From Naegleria gruberi (Eukaryota), in NCBI GenBank assembly GCA_000004985.1, contig GG738931.1: a stretch of DNA of 64,000 nt; one strand, given 5' to 3'. The notes under the pieces are model-generated. The model had not been told where the DNA came from. It did not search any database and saw nothing but the letters and a program-made list of their open reading frames with translations. How positions within the stretch are numbered: the stretch's first letter is position 1; every line of letters begins with the position of its first letter. Of the stretch, positions 33,584 through 45,000 are shown one piece after another. Position numbers and translations under genes: made by a program.

Positions 33584-36500
33584 TTACACTCCAGTCGAGG
33601 AAGAAGCTGAATAATCCTTTTCCTTCTTCCTCTTTTTATACAGTAATGCAACACTCACACCAATGACAATTCCAACAACGAAGAAAATTAATGAAGAAGC
33701 AATGACTGAAACTAGAACTGCAATAATAACAGTGGAATCGTTTGAGGTTTGATCTTGTTTGGGTTGGATGGTGGTGCTTGGTGAATTTTGTTTCTTAATG
33801 TTAATGTCAATGACTGAGAAGGTGGTCAAGTGAGTGGTGAGACATTGAATGGAAACTTGGAATTGATTATTCGAAACTCGTTGAATGAAAGAAAAGAGAG
33901 TAGAAACACCAGTATCACTCCATGAATTGATGTTTGCATCAAAGAACATGCAAGTAAAGTTTCTAATGCTTTCGTTCGAATCTGCTTCAATTGAAATATT
34001 GGCAAAATTAATGATAATTGGATTTGCCAAATTCGAAACTTGGAATTTAGAACCGTCATCTTTGAGGAATGAGACAGAAACTACATCACTGTTGATGGCT
34101 CCAATTTTTTGCTTGGCACTCGTCTTGTTTTGGACTGTTGCAATGATTGTTAAATCTTGAGAAGTGGAAAGTGAACTAATGTCTGATGGAAATTTGACAG
34201 AAACTGAACTATACTTGTGGAAATGCAATTCTTCTGCATCTAGTTCAGTAAGATCAGTCACTGCTCTCTTAATTAATTCCACATCATCTGATTGAGTAGT
34301 TGTGCTACATGTCACATTTCCATTTATAACGTCAACCACAGAAACACAAACTCTATTCGAACAATTCTTTCCAAACCATCCTTCATTACAAAGGCATGAA
34401 TCTGGAGCTGGACATTTTCCATTTCCAGAACATACATTCAAATCAGATGATAACAATGAATAACAAACTGGAATTTCACAATTTGCTCCAACGTATCCAT
34501 CTTGACATTGACAATTATCTTTTGACATGCATTCACCATGTTGGCTACAAACATTTGAATCGTTGAATAACATTCCATAGCAAGTATGATTCTTGGTTTG
34601 ACATTCGTTTCCAATAAATCCTTCACTACATAAACATTGATTTGTGGAATTACACACTCCGTGTCCAGAACAAACTAATGAACTAGTAAATAAAGTTCCA
34701 AAACATTCGAATTGACTACAATCGTTTCCAGAGTATCCATTGGAGCAGGAACAAGTATTTGGAGCACTGCAACTGCCATGTCCAGAACAAACTGCAGAAT
34801 TACTTGGAACAATATCAAAGCATTTGAATGAACTGCAATCACTTCCACTGTATCCAGTTTCACATGAGCAATTATTTGATGAGAGACAATTACCATGTCC
34901 AGAACAAACTACGGAATCATTGAATAATAATCCGTAACAAGTAATTGGAGGTGTAGGTTGTGGAGGTGGATTTTGACATGAAGAGCCAGTGTATCCTTCG
35001 CTGCATAAGCATTGGTTTGAGGAGTTGCATGATCCATGTCCAGAACAAACTGTGGAATCATTAAATAAAATTCCAAAACAAGTAATTGGTGGAGGTTGCA
35101 CAATAAATTCACATGAAGATCCATAATATCCAGTGGCACAAGTACAATTATCCTTGGACACGCATTGGCCATGTCCAGAACATACACTTGTCGATTCGTT
35201 GGCCAAAACTCCAAAACAAGTCAGTGGAGGAATTGGAGCATTCTGACAATTACTTCCAGAGTAACCAACACTACACGTACAATTATCAGTCGCAATACAG
35301 TTTCCAAATCCAGAGCAAACACTGGAATCATTAAAATTCACACCAAAACAAGTATAATTCAATGGAATGACAATAGTGGACTCACAATTATCTCCATAAA
35401 ACCCATTGTAACATGAACAATTATTCTTGGAAATGCAATCACCATGAGAAGAACAAACCAAAGAAGAGTTGAAATGAATACCAAAACAGGAATGGTTTCG
35501 TGTTTCACACATGGAGCCAATGAATCCCTCATTACAAGAGCATTGATCAGTGACATTACATTGTCCATTTCCAGAACACACCAGTGAGTTATTGGCAAGA
35601 TATCCAAAACATGAGATTGGATATTCAGGTTGTAAAATTTGTTTGATTCTCTTGATGGTGCAACCCTCTGCATAGAGAATATCACCATTTGCATTCAAAT
35701 ACAAAGACTTGGCTTGATTGATGAATGAAGTGTTGGTTTGTGTGGAGTTATCATATAAGGTAATTGTAGAAATTAAATTGTCATTCAAAGTTACACGTCT
35801 AATTCTTGATTGTTCAGAAATAATGAGCTCTCCATTTTGAGTTAATAAAATACTGTTTGGAGAATCAATGGTTGCATTGATTGCAAGACCTCCATCAGAA
35901 ACTGATCCTAAATTCGATCCAGTTCCAGCAATAATTGTCAAAACTCCATTCGAATCTAACTTTTTGACAGTATGAGTCGATTTTTCACTAAAATAAATAT
36001 CCAAGTTATTGAGGTTGACGGTCAGATCCGAAATTATTACACCCATAGATCGATACAAGGTTACAATGGTTCCATTATTTGCAAATACCTTACTAATCTT
36101 TCCAGTGCTGGCAATTAGCAAATCGTCGTTAGGTAAAACAAAGAGAGATGTTGGATTGGCAAGAACTGCATTCAAGGCAGATCCTCCATCATTGTCAGAA
36201 CCTGTTGGATTACCATTACCAGCATAATCAAAAGTCATTCCACCAACTACCTTTCTAATACGATGGTTATTCGAATCCGCAATAAATAATTCATTTCTAG
36301 AGTTGAAAGCCAACTTGTTTGGTGAATTGAAAAGAGTTGAATTTCTCAAAGTGTAATTTCCACTATAACCAACCAAACCAGTACCAGCATAAATGTCAAA
36401 ATTTGAATTACCAGATCTAATTGTGGAGTAATCGGAAATGTACAAGCTTCCATCCATTCCAAATGTGAAACTGTTGAGGGAGGAGCTAAATCTCACCAAT

Positions 36501-37672
36501 GAAGATGGAACAGCATTAGAATACAAGGTTTTCGAGTTGATTATTCCACCACTCACATTTCTAATTCTTCCATTATCAGTATCTGAAATTAGAAACATGT
36601 TATTTGCTTCATCATGAAACAAATCACTTGGATTATTCAAAAGAGCTGATGTGGCACTTCCTCCATCTCCAGAAAATCCCTTAGTCATTGCTGTTCCTGC
36701 AATTGTGTAAATCTTATCACCAGTTGCATATCTCAATAAGTGATTTCCTGATTCGACAATGTATAAAGTAGTTTCGGCAGCATTTAAGAAAATTCCAGTT
36801 GGAACGCTCATTTTCTGATCTGAAATCTTGAGACCATCTGCTGTGTAACCATCTCCCTTACTACCAGCAAAATTCTTTGGTTTTCCGTCTTTAATTTGCA
36901 TCAAGGAAACCATATTCTTCATGTCATCTGACAAGTAAACATCACCGGTCGAGGAAGGGAATACTCTCGAGCTATAACCAACAGGATCTGTTCCAGTACC
37001 TGTGCAACTGTATGGAACTGTAAATGTTTTGGTAATTTGACTTGAGGAAATGTTCAATTCTCTAATGATACAATTTCCATAATCGAGAAAGGTCATAGTT
37101 GTGGCAGAAGTGAATCTGATACTTCTTGGAATGCTCAATCTCATGGATAGAGCATTTCCTGTGTTTCCATCGAAACCTTGAACTCCAGTTCCCGCCACGG
37201 TTGAAACAATTCCTGAACTGGCCGAAATCTTTCTAATACAATGGTTCCAATCGTCAGTAAAGAAAACATCACCATTTGATGAGTCGACAATGACACTAGT
37301 TGGTCCATTGATCTTGGCATTGACTGCTAAAGACCCATCTCCTGAATAACCTCTTCTCAATTCTGATCCACCAATCAAATCTACGAGTTGACCAGAAGCT
37401 GTTATTTTGCTAACGGCATTTCTCTCCAAATCGGTAAAGAAAACCTCCTGGGTAGAAGGAACCCAGAAGAGACCCACAGGTTTACCAACTCTTGTTCTCC
37501 ATTGAGCTAAATAGTTGGCACATTGAGATGAGTCACCTGCCAAAGTCTCTACTAAATAATTACTTGTTCTGAGCCATCTATTGGGTGGAAATTGTTGAGC
37601 TCTTGTTTGTTGGTGAGATATCAAGAGGCACATTACCCAAATAATTGCCAAAAACAAGTTGTTATTGTTCAT
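33584..37672 (-). CDS. Large type I membrane protein: signal peptide, NHL-like beta-propeller region, about 20 tenascin-type EGF repeats, stalk, TM.
   Basis: ATG at 37672 (MNNNNLFLAIIWVMCLLISHQQTRAQQ). NHL-like motifs (FISDTDNGRIRNV, FIADSNNHRIRKV). Repeated CSGHGxCxxxNxCxCxxGYxGxxC units. C-terminal TM VIIAVLVSVIASSLIFFVVGIVIGVSVALL followed by YKKRKKEK. Single 4.1-kb exon. Confidence 0.7.
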   Translation of the reverse strand: MNNNNLFLAIIWVMCLLISHQQTRAQQFPPNRWLRTSNYLVETLAGDSSQCANYLAQWRTRVGKPVGLFWVPSTQEVFFTDLERNAVSKITASGQLVDLIGGSELRRGYSGDGSLAVNAKINGPTSVIVDSSNGDVFFTDDWNHCIRKISASSGIVSTVAGTGVQGFDGNTGNALSMRLSIPRSIRFTSATTMTFLDYGNCIIRELNISSSQITKTFTVPYSCTGTGTDPVGYSSRVFPSSTGDVYLSDDMKNMVSLMQIKDGKPKNFAGSKGDGYTADGLKISDQKMSVPTGIFLNAAETTLYIVESGNHLLRYATGDKIYTIAGTAMTKGFSGDGGSATSALLNNPSDLFHDEANNMFLISDTDNGRIRNVSGGIINSKTLYSNAVPSSLVRFSSSLNSFTFGMDGSLYISDYSTIRSGNSNFDIYAGTGLVGYSGNYTLRNSTLFNSPNKLAFNSRNELFIADSNNHRIRKVVGGMTFDYAGNGNPTGSDNDGGSALNAVLANPTSLFVLPNDDLLIASTGKISKVFANNGTIVTLYRSMGVIISDLTVNLNNLDIYFSEKSTHTVKKLDSNGVLTIIAGTGSNLGSVSDGGLAINATIDSPNSILLTQNGELIISEQSRIRRVTLNDNLISTITLYDNSTQTNTSFINQAKSLYLNANGDILYAEGCTIKRIKQILQPEYPISCFGYLANNSLVCSGNGQCNVTDQCSCNEGFIGSMCETRNHSCFGIHFNSSLVCSSHGDCISKNNCSCYNGFYGDNCESTIVIPLNYTCFGVNFNDSSVCSGFGNCIATDNCTCSVGYSGSNCQNAPIPPLTCFGVLANESTSVCSGHGQCVSKDNCTCATGYYGSSCEFIVQPPPITCFGILFNDSTVCSGHGSCNSSNQCLCSEGYTGSSCQNPPPQPTPPITCYGLLFNDSVVCSGHGNCLSSNNCSCETGYSGSDCSSFKCFDIVPSNSAVCSGHGSCSAPNTCSCSNGYSGNDCSQFECFGTLFTSSLVCSGHGVCNSTNQCLCSEGFIGNECQTKNHTCYGMLFNDSNVCSQHGECMSKDNCQCQDGYVGANCEIPVCYSLLSSDLNVCSGNGKCPAPDSCLCNEGWFGKNCSNRVCVSVVDVINGNVTCSTTTQSDDVELIKRAVTDLTELDAEELHFHKYSSVSVKFPSDISSLSTSQDLTIIATVQNKTSAKQKIGAINSDVVSVSFLKDDGSKFQVSNLANPIIINFANISIEADSNESIRNFTCMFFDANINSWSDTGVSTLFSFIQRVSNNQFQVSIQCLTTHLTTFSVIDINIKKQNSPSTTIQPKQDQTSNDSTVIIAVLVSVIASSLIFFVVGIVIGVSVALLYKKRKKEKDYSASSSTGV
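34380..35660 (-). repeat. Tandem ~93-nt coding repeats (the EGF units) inside the 33584-37672 CDS.
   Basis: Periodic Cys spacing in the translation, and repeated TGTTCTGGACATGG-type DNA words. Confidence 0.5.
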
Positions 37673-38026
37673 ACTGTTGTTGTTGTGTTGTTTTTTCTTA
37701 ATAATTGTAGTTGTATGGAGCTGAAATGAATAGGGTCTATAAATCAAAAATTGGTGGACCTCAGATCTTCCCATTCCTTCATGGTTAGACCAGTACTTTC
37801 TAAAATGGATTTTTGTATATTCGATCTCCAAAAATATAAGTCCATGGCAAAATGAAAAGTTGTAATGAAATTGGCGGGTTGAAATCAAAAAATACTTGTT
37901 TAGAATATCATACAATTGTAGACAATTAAAATCCAAGTTTAGTTAGTCTTCATCTATCTTACAATATAAAGGTGACAATGTCTAGAAGTGGAAACCATAA
38001 ATGTTATATTTAGTGTTAATCAGTAA

Positions 38027-38977
38027 CTAGAATGAAGTGGTTGTATAATAAGTGATCATGCATCGTTCCCTTGTCTTGTGACTAGCACTCCATAAAACAT
38101 ATTGTACTGCCAATAATACAAATGAAAGTAGACCAATATTGAGGAAGAAGAGTGCAGTTACTAGAATACACAATGTAATGCAAATGAGATAACAAGTGAA
38201 TAATCGGAGAATCCAATCTCTGTGCTTGGTGAAAAAGCTCTTCATTCTTCCACTTCTGCTACTATTGTTATCTGCACTTGTTGCTGCTGCTGTTGTGGAT
38301 TGATCTGGTGCACTGTACATGGTTGTAATAAAACAGAAAATTCCCAACACGGTTACTGCAAGGATAGCAAAAAAGTATCCAACTCGTGTGCCAGCTGATG
38401 CATGAAGAGGAGAATCTATTGATGATGATGAAGAAGCAGCACCAGATCCCAAACTATTAAATTTTCTACTCGAAATTCCGAACATTCTAAAATCATATCC
38501 ATTCGGAAAGATAATTTCCAAAAAATCAAATAATAATATTAATCCTGATAATATTAAATGTAAAATTAAAAGAGCAATACAGGACCATACAGAAATCTTA
38601 TTCTGTCCCGTAACTCTATACAATAAATAGGGATTTTGGAAGAGACTTTGATTTCGTTCTTCTTCAACTTGAATGTGTCTTTCCAATGCTGATTGTCCTT
38701 CTTGAGAATCTAACATGTGTTTTCTATCAAAGAAACAATTTCTACTTCCCAAGTGTGTTGTTTTCATATCTGGTGTACGATATTCAAAAGGAACACTCCA
38801 CTGAGGAATTAAAGGTTGTGTCGGATCATCGGATTGATTAATTGTATGTGTTCTGATCACCATGTAGGTTGGATGTAATTTATAACTCATGCGAGAACGT
38901 AATTTTTCAAGACGATCACCACCATCAGTGGTGTCTTGTTGTTGTACAACATCCTGCAACTCTCTATCATCAGACAT
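38027..38977 (-). CDS. Hypothetical multipass membrane protein (316 aa).
   Basis: ATG at 38977. 3-4 hydrophobic helices (ALLILHLILSGLILLF, FFAILAVTVLGIFCFITT, ICITLCILVTALFFLNIGLLSFVLLAV). Confidence 0.45.
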   Translation of the reverse strand: MSDDRELQDVVQQQDTTDGGDRLEKLRSRMSYKLHPTYMVIRTHTINQSDDPTQPLIPQWSVPFEYRTPDMKTTHLGSRNCFFDRKHMLDSQEGQSALERHIQVEEERNQSLFQNPYLLYRVTGQNKISVWSCIALLILHLILSGLILLFDFLEIIFPNGYDFRMFGISSRKFNSLGSGAASSSSSIDSPLHASAGTRVGYFFAILAVTVLGIFCFITTMYSAPDQSTTAAATSADNNSSRSGRMKSFFTKHRDWILRLFTCYLICITLCILVTALFFLNIGLLSFVLLAVQYVLWSASHKTRERCMITYYTTTSF

Positions 38978-39475
38978 TTTTTATTATTTATATTTTTAAT
39001 ATTTTATGATGATAGAAGCCCGATTGTCATGTTTGATATTAGAGTTTTCATAATTTGAATACTATCATTAGATTGTGATAACCAGGTTAGTACCTTTTGA
39101 ATATATTATATTTGATATAATAATCGCGCCAATTTTCTTTACAGATGAAACTATTCATCCATGATGAACCCAAAATTGAAACTCTTCCTTCTAAATTCCT
39201 TCATCTCCTCAATCCAAGAATGAACGAAAGGAAATGCTGATGCAAAAGGAATTATTGTTTCTTAGCTTGATAGTTGATTCAATCTCGTCATGCTGGCAAT
39301 GAAATCAATTCTAACGAAAAAAAGGAACAAAATATATTACTATCCATTCATCATATATAAATCCAAATAATCTTGCCTTCTTAATTGTTCATACTAATAG
39401 CATTAGTAAAGGTTTTTCCGTGTAACTTTACAATCAAAGGAACAAGAAACAAGAAACAACAACATCATCATCATC

Positions 39476-40312
39476 ATGACAAGTGTTCTACCCGAACTCG
39501 AGGGCTCGATGAGTATCAAGGAGAGAAGACAATTACTTTTACAGAAGGGACTTGCTATTGCACAAGAGCAACCACAACAAGAACAATCAAAGCCTTCCTC
39601 TTCTTCTACAACAAAAACTCTTGGACGTTCTTCATCAATTCATAAAGTCAATGCTCCTGTTCTAACACCTTCATCATCATCATCCAATAATAACAATGAT
39701 TTAATAACCTCTAATACTGCTAATAATACTTCTAATAATAATGAAAGTTTTTCAAGTATAAAGGACAGAATTAAACTATTAGATAAGAAGCCTTCTTCCA
39801 TTCCAACCGAACAAGCAACAACTACAAATCCACCACCAATACAACAAACGTTTATTCCAACTCCTTCATCAGCATCATCATTTGTAATTCCTCAACCTCC
39901 TCCTTCTCTTCCTTCCACCAATAATAATACTAATACTACAAATAATAATTTAAATACAATTAAAACAACCAATACTACTGGTGCTGTTGGTGCTTCAATT
40001 ATTAATCAACAACCTTTCATTCCTCCACCTCCTTCCTCTCTCTTTTCCTTTGATAAAATCAAGGAATTGCATCGTGATGAATATGAAGAATTTGAATATC
40101 AATTAAAACAAACAGAATTGGAATTAGAAGCTTCTAATCCAAATATTCAACAATATGCACAACAAGGAGATGAAGAAGAACATGAACAAATCCCTCCTCC
40201 AACAAGTTTCCAATTAGATGGAAAAAATAGGAAGACTTTGATCAACGTTGGTGCTTCTTCTTCTCATCCTCCAATAAGTGCTAAGAGTGCTGAGAGTGGT
40301 GGTGTTGTGTAA
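39476..40312 (+). CDS. Ser/Asn/Pro-rich low-complexity protein (278 aa).
   Basis: ATG at 39476, preceded by a CAT-repeat run. Long N/S/T homopolymeric tracts. Confidence 0.4.
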   Translation: MTSVLPELEGSMSIKERRQLLLQKGLAIAQEQPQQEQSKPSSSSTTKTLGRSSSIHKVNAPVLTPSSSSSNNNNDLITSNTANNTSNNNESFSSIKDRIKLLDKKPSSIPTEQATTTNPPPIQQTFIPTPSSASSFVIPQPPPSLPSTNNNTNTTNNNLNTIKTTNTTGAVGASIINQQPFIPPPPSSLFSFDKIKELHRDEYEEFEYQLKQTELELEASNPNIQQYAQQGDEEEHEQIPPPTSFQLDGKNRKTLINVGASSSHPPISAKSAESGGVV

Positions 40313-40415
40313 TTAATAATTCATCTTGTTCTGCTATTGGAAAGGAAAAGGGTCTTCCTCCGACCATCACGAATCGAAATAATCAAATTAATAATCAACT
40401 TATAATAATAATAAT

Positions 40416-41426
40416 ATGGTAATTAGTAATAATCATATGATGATGATGAAGGAAAGGAATGTATCACCTCCTTCCTCAATGACACCTTTAACAAGTATTA
40501 GTAATAATGCTGGAAATTTGCAAACATCTCCTAGTAATCAAATATATCATTATCCAATTAAAGTACAAACTAATAATAATAATGGAAAATCTGATGAAGT
40601 GCAGTATCCATCAGCTCCTTCATTTGATGAAATTGATTTTCCAGAATATCAAATTGTAAATAATGTGCAAATGCAAACCATGACGAGCAACATTTTCAAA
40701 CCAATTATAGATTCTCTTTCGGAAGTTTCAGAAGAGGAGGATTATAGAATGTTTTCTCAATTTAAAGAGTTTATTAATTCTCAACGTGGTCCAGTAATGA
40801 ATGAGGAAAAATTGTACAGTTTGTACATTTCATTCAGGGAAAGGTATCAACAACAAGCAAATGTGAATAATGTGAAAAATAGCAAACAACAATCACCTAC
40901 TGTTGTACTTGTAAATAAGAGTCGGGTTCCATCATCTGGTAATGCTACAAAGGCAAAACCTACAATTGTAAATCCAAATTCTCCAACTGTCAGCACGACA
41001 AGTAGTACCAGCAGTACCAACAGTTCAGGAAGCAATTCTGAAAAGAGGAGAGATGGATTGAGAGATGTCAGAAAGAAATACGAAGAACAGAAACTGGAAG
41101 AAATGAGAATTAAACAAATGAAGGAGAGAAATAAGGCACACTTTGCTCAGGAAATGCAACAACCATGTATGGATTATAATGCCTTGGTGATGCGTGAAAA
41201 TACCATGTATAATGTGCCATCGAATCAACAAATGGGTGCAAGTACCAATTCGTATCCAATCGTTAATAATCCAAACGACGTAATTTCGAATGGAACGTAC
41301 ATTCCTTTCAAAGCTTCTCATCCTCAACAATCGAATAGTCATATTACTTCGAGGGCAATTAGTAATTCAACTGGAGCTGGCTATCTCAATTATAACAATA
41401 ATAATTATTGGCCAAATAATAAATAG
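40416..41426 (+). CDS. Asn/Gln-rich hypothetical protein (336 aa).
   Basis: ATG at 40416. Complex central region (FSQFKEFINSQRGPVMNEEKLYSLYISFRERYQQQ). Confidence 0.4.
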   Translation: MVISNNHMMMMKERNVSPPSSMTPLTSISNNAGNLQTSPSNQIYHYPIKVQTNNNNGKSDEVQYPSAPSFDEIDFPEYQIVNNVQMQTMTSNIFKPIIDSLSEVSEEEDYRMFSQFKEFINSQRGPVMNEEKLYSLYISFRERYQQQANVNNVKNSKQQSPTVVLVNKSRVPSSGNATKAKPTIVNPNSPTVSTTSSTSSTNSSGSNSEKRRDGLRDVRKKYEEQKLEEMRIKQMKERNKAHFAQEMQQPCMDYNALVMRENTMYNVPSNQQMGASTNSYPIVNNPNDVISNGTYIPFKASHPQQSNSHITSRAISNSTGAGYLNYNNNNYWPNNK

Positions 41427-41657
41427 AGTGACTGCTCGCTATTAAATTTTGTAAATACTTCAAATTTGGACATGTACATTTAGAGATGGCTGCCTTACTT
41501 TGGTCAACATCACCAAAACAATTATAGACTTTTTTCATTTTAATTATATTACCAAATGAATAAATTACTATTATGAAGGTTATAAAAAGCTGCAACTTTC
41601 ATCAATATTAAAATCCAACCAAATAAGAAAAAAACAAACAAACAAAACAATAACAAA

Positions 41658-41945
41658 ATGGATAACAGAAACACTTTCCAAAAGGGCTACGACGAAACAA
41701 AGGATCAACTCAAAACAAGAAAAGATGCCATCTCTGAATCACTCACCTACTCTGATCAAAAGGAAAATACTGGAGAAAAGGTAGCCGATGCCATGGTCAG
41801 ACCAAAGGAAGATGTTAAGGCTCAAACATGGTCTGAATCAGCAAAGAACATGGGTATTTCAGCTTTCAACACTGTCAAGGAAACTGTTGACAGTGCCTAT
41901 GAATCTCTCACAGGATCAGGAGGAAGTTCAACTGAGAGAAAGTAA
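41658..41945 (+). CDS. Small hydrophilic protein (95 aa), LEA/stress-protein-like composition.
   Basis: ATG at 41658. Charged, Ala/Lys/Glu/Ser/Thr-rich, with no hydrophobic segments. Confidence 0.35.
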   Translation: MDNRNTFQKGYDETKDQLKTRKDAISESLTYSDQKENTGEKVADAMVRPKEDVKAQTWSESAKNMGISAFNTVKETVDSAYESLTGSGGSSTERK

Positions 41946-42017
41946 ACATTGAATGTTACGACTGACATGGAACCAAAAGTATTTATTGTGAGATAATCTC
42001 ATTGTGAATTAATAAAA

Positions 42018-45000
42018 TTATTCCAATCTTTGGTCCTTTCTATAATATACAGAAGAGTCTTCTTCGACAACCATTGAACTTGGAGTTGCAGTTTGTTGGG
42101 TTGGTTTTCTCTTATTCTTACAAACGAACCAAACAAGAATAATACCAATGACAAGGACACCAACCAATGCAAGAGCTGTAGCACCTGCCAAAACACCTGT
42201 AGAAATGGAGAGTCCACGAAGAGCCTCTTCAGTATTGTTGGTGACGTACGAAAAGCTTGGAATGATTGGTCTTGGGTTGACTGGCATTGGAGTGAAGGAA
42301 TCATTGTTAGGATTGGGATTTTCTGGATTGATCAATTTTGGAAGAGGGAGAGTGTTCAATTCAATTTGTGAACCATCGACACCAAATGTCTTAACATTTG
42401 CAAAGTTGTCCAAATCTCTGATTGCTGTGGTGGTTGCCTTAATAGTGAAAACGCACTCAGTGACAGGAACTGTTTGAGCAAAGGTAACTTGGATAATACC
42501 ATCTGTGGTATTCTTTTCCATTGTGGAAAATTGAAGGTAATCTCCAGTGCCCAAATCGAGAATGTTAAAGTTTGGATCGACAAGACCTCTTGCAATAGTT
42601 TCTTCAAGCTTGAAAGTATCTGGCATATCCACAATCATTTTACCTCCTTGTGGAACTTCAAAGTTGAATACCATTGATGATCTCAAAGTTATTGATTGTC
42701 CAGAGGTGGCAGTAACAATACGAGGAGACAATGTACTCACAGTCATGGAAACCTTTGTTGAGAGAACATTTTCAATGGAAGAGAAAATGTGCAAATTGTA
42801 AGAAACACCAGCCTTCAAACCTGTAATTGAAATTGTAGTGTCCTTAGTGTTGAGAACAGTTGAATCGTACATTACATGGAAATCGTAATCCATTTGGTTT
42901 GGCTTTTCCCAATGCAATTGGATGGTATCTGGTGTGACACGAGTGATTTGAATATTGCTTGGTGGCAAAACATCAGAAACATTAACAGATCGAGGAACAT
43001 TCACAGTTGATTGAACACTAGCAGTTGTATCGTAAGAAGTCTTAAAGATACATGCTGAAGGAGATAATTGCTCCCAGAAACCATTTGCAATAGAGGAAAT
43101 GAATGAGAATGATTGACTTTGTCCTGACATGATTCCAAAATTCATGATTTGGATAGAGAGCATTAATGAAGAGTCAGCATTGGATGGGTTTGTGATTGGA
43201 TCAATTTCAAGCTTTTCAACATTGTTTTCAGAGTCACCGAAATCTGTCTTTCCATTAGCAATAAAAATTGACAATCCTGATGTGGCTCCTGTTGAGAGAC
43301 TTTGAACATAAGTATTGGCATAAATATCCAAGTCATGAACAAGACCACCTTGAACAGATGTACTTCCTGGATAATCGTACCAAGTGACTGTGGTTCTGAA
43401 AACGGATTTGGCAGTAACAGTCTTCTTTAATCTCAAACAGAGTCTAGCAGTTTGAGCTTGGGATGTGAATGTATTGTCAGCGAAAACCAAAGTGACTGGA
43501 TTGTTATACTTGTCATTTAAGAGGCCACCTAATTGAACCTTACCAAAACCGTCATAAAAGTTTGGAGATCCATATTTTTGTTTGATATTGAATCTTGAAG
43601 TTTCGTCATTGGAATAAGCAACAGTTCCAGTAAGTGGTGAAGCAGAATTAATGATAGCAGCCTTCAAAAGAGTACCACTTGGATTACTAATGGACAAGGT
43701 CTTTTGGAAGAATTGACGAACAAGAGCCACTGCACCAGCTGTTGTGATTAAGAAATAAATAAATTAATAACAATATAATATAAATAATATAAATAATGTA
43801 AAGAAATAAATAAAAAACAATATAAATAATTAGTAATTAATGTTAAAACAAATACTGACCTGTGATTGGTGTTGCCATTGAAGTACCACTAAGTAAATAA
43901 AGAGCAGCATTATTATTGAGTTGAGGTGATTGAGTTCCACAATTCTTTGATGTTGTTGTACCATCAGAGTGCGTAGAAATAACTGTTTGACCAACACCGA
44001 CAACATCAGGCTTGATTCTTCCTCCCATGGCTGGTCCTCTACTAGAGAAACTGGCTAAATTGTTTTCATTATAATTGTTTGGTTGACTTGAATAACCAGT
44101 TTTAATAGCTGATGGGCAACAGTATGCACGCACTTCATCTTTGTTGTATCCACTGTAGGCACAGCATTCTGCAGTTGATGTCCAAGGCAAACCAGCTTGT
44201 TGCATCTTGTGTAAGAAATCGTCGTAATTGACACCATCAACATAACCAGCATTTGAAGTTTGATGAGCACCAACAGTCAATGTGTTCTTAGAGACAGCTG
44301 GGTAACCTGTATTACCAAATTCAGAGATTGCTCCAGAGTTACCTTGAGAGAACAAGATGATGGCTTCCTTATTATTCCATAAGAATGTGTCAGTATCTTG
44401 ACATTGAGTATTGTAAACATTACAAGCTTCGCAGCATGTTGGAACACCAAAAATGAGCTTACAATCTTCATTAGTGACAACTTGTCCTTCGTCGTATCCT
44501 TGAATTGAAACTCTCAATTTACAAGATTGGCAATTGTAAGCACAATCAACCAATGATTCTGGGCCACACCCAAAACTGTTCGAGAAAATTCTAGCCCCCA
44601 TACTGTATGGAACAGAGAATAAGTTAGAGATTGGATCAGGAATCATGAGGGATCCTGGTTGTGATGTCTTTTCCAAATCAGTAAAGAATATCTTGGCTCC
44701 AGGAGCAACACCATGATATTGGTTCAAGCCAGTATTAAGATCAGCATTTTCGATGGAACCAGCAACACTACCACAAACGTGGGTACCATGGCCATCAACT
44801 CCATCATAATTATCAGCATAAGTTGTCTTGTAATAGACAACCTTTCTTCTGAGACTGTTCATAGTATCAAATGTCATTGGTCTTGAACTATCAGAGAAGA
44901 AACAGTTATCAAAATCGAGGCCAGTATCAGCAATAGCAACAACTTGATTGGTACCAGTAATACCTAAAGCATACATTGGTGAATCTGGAGAGGTAGCTGA

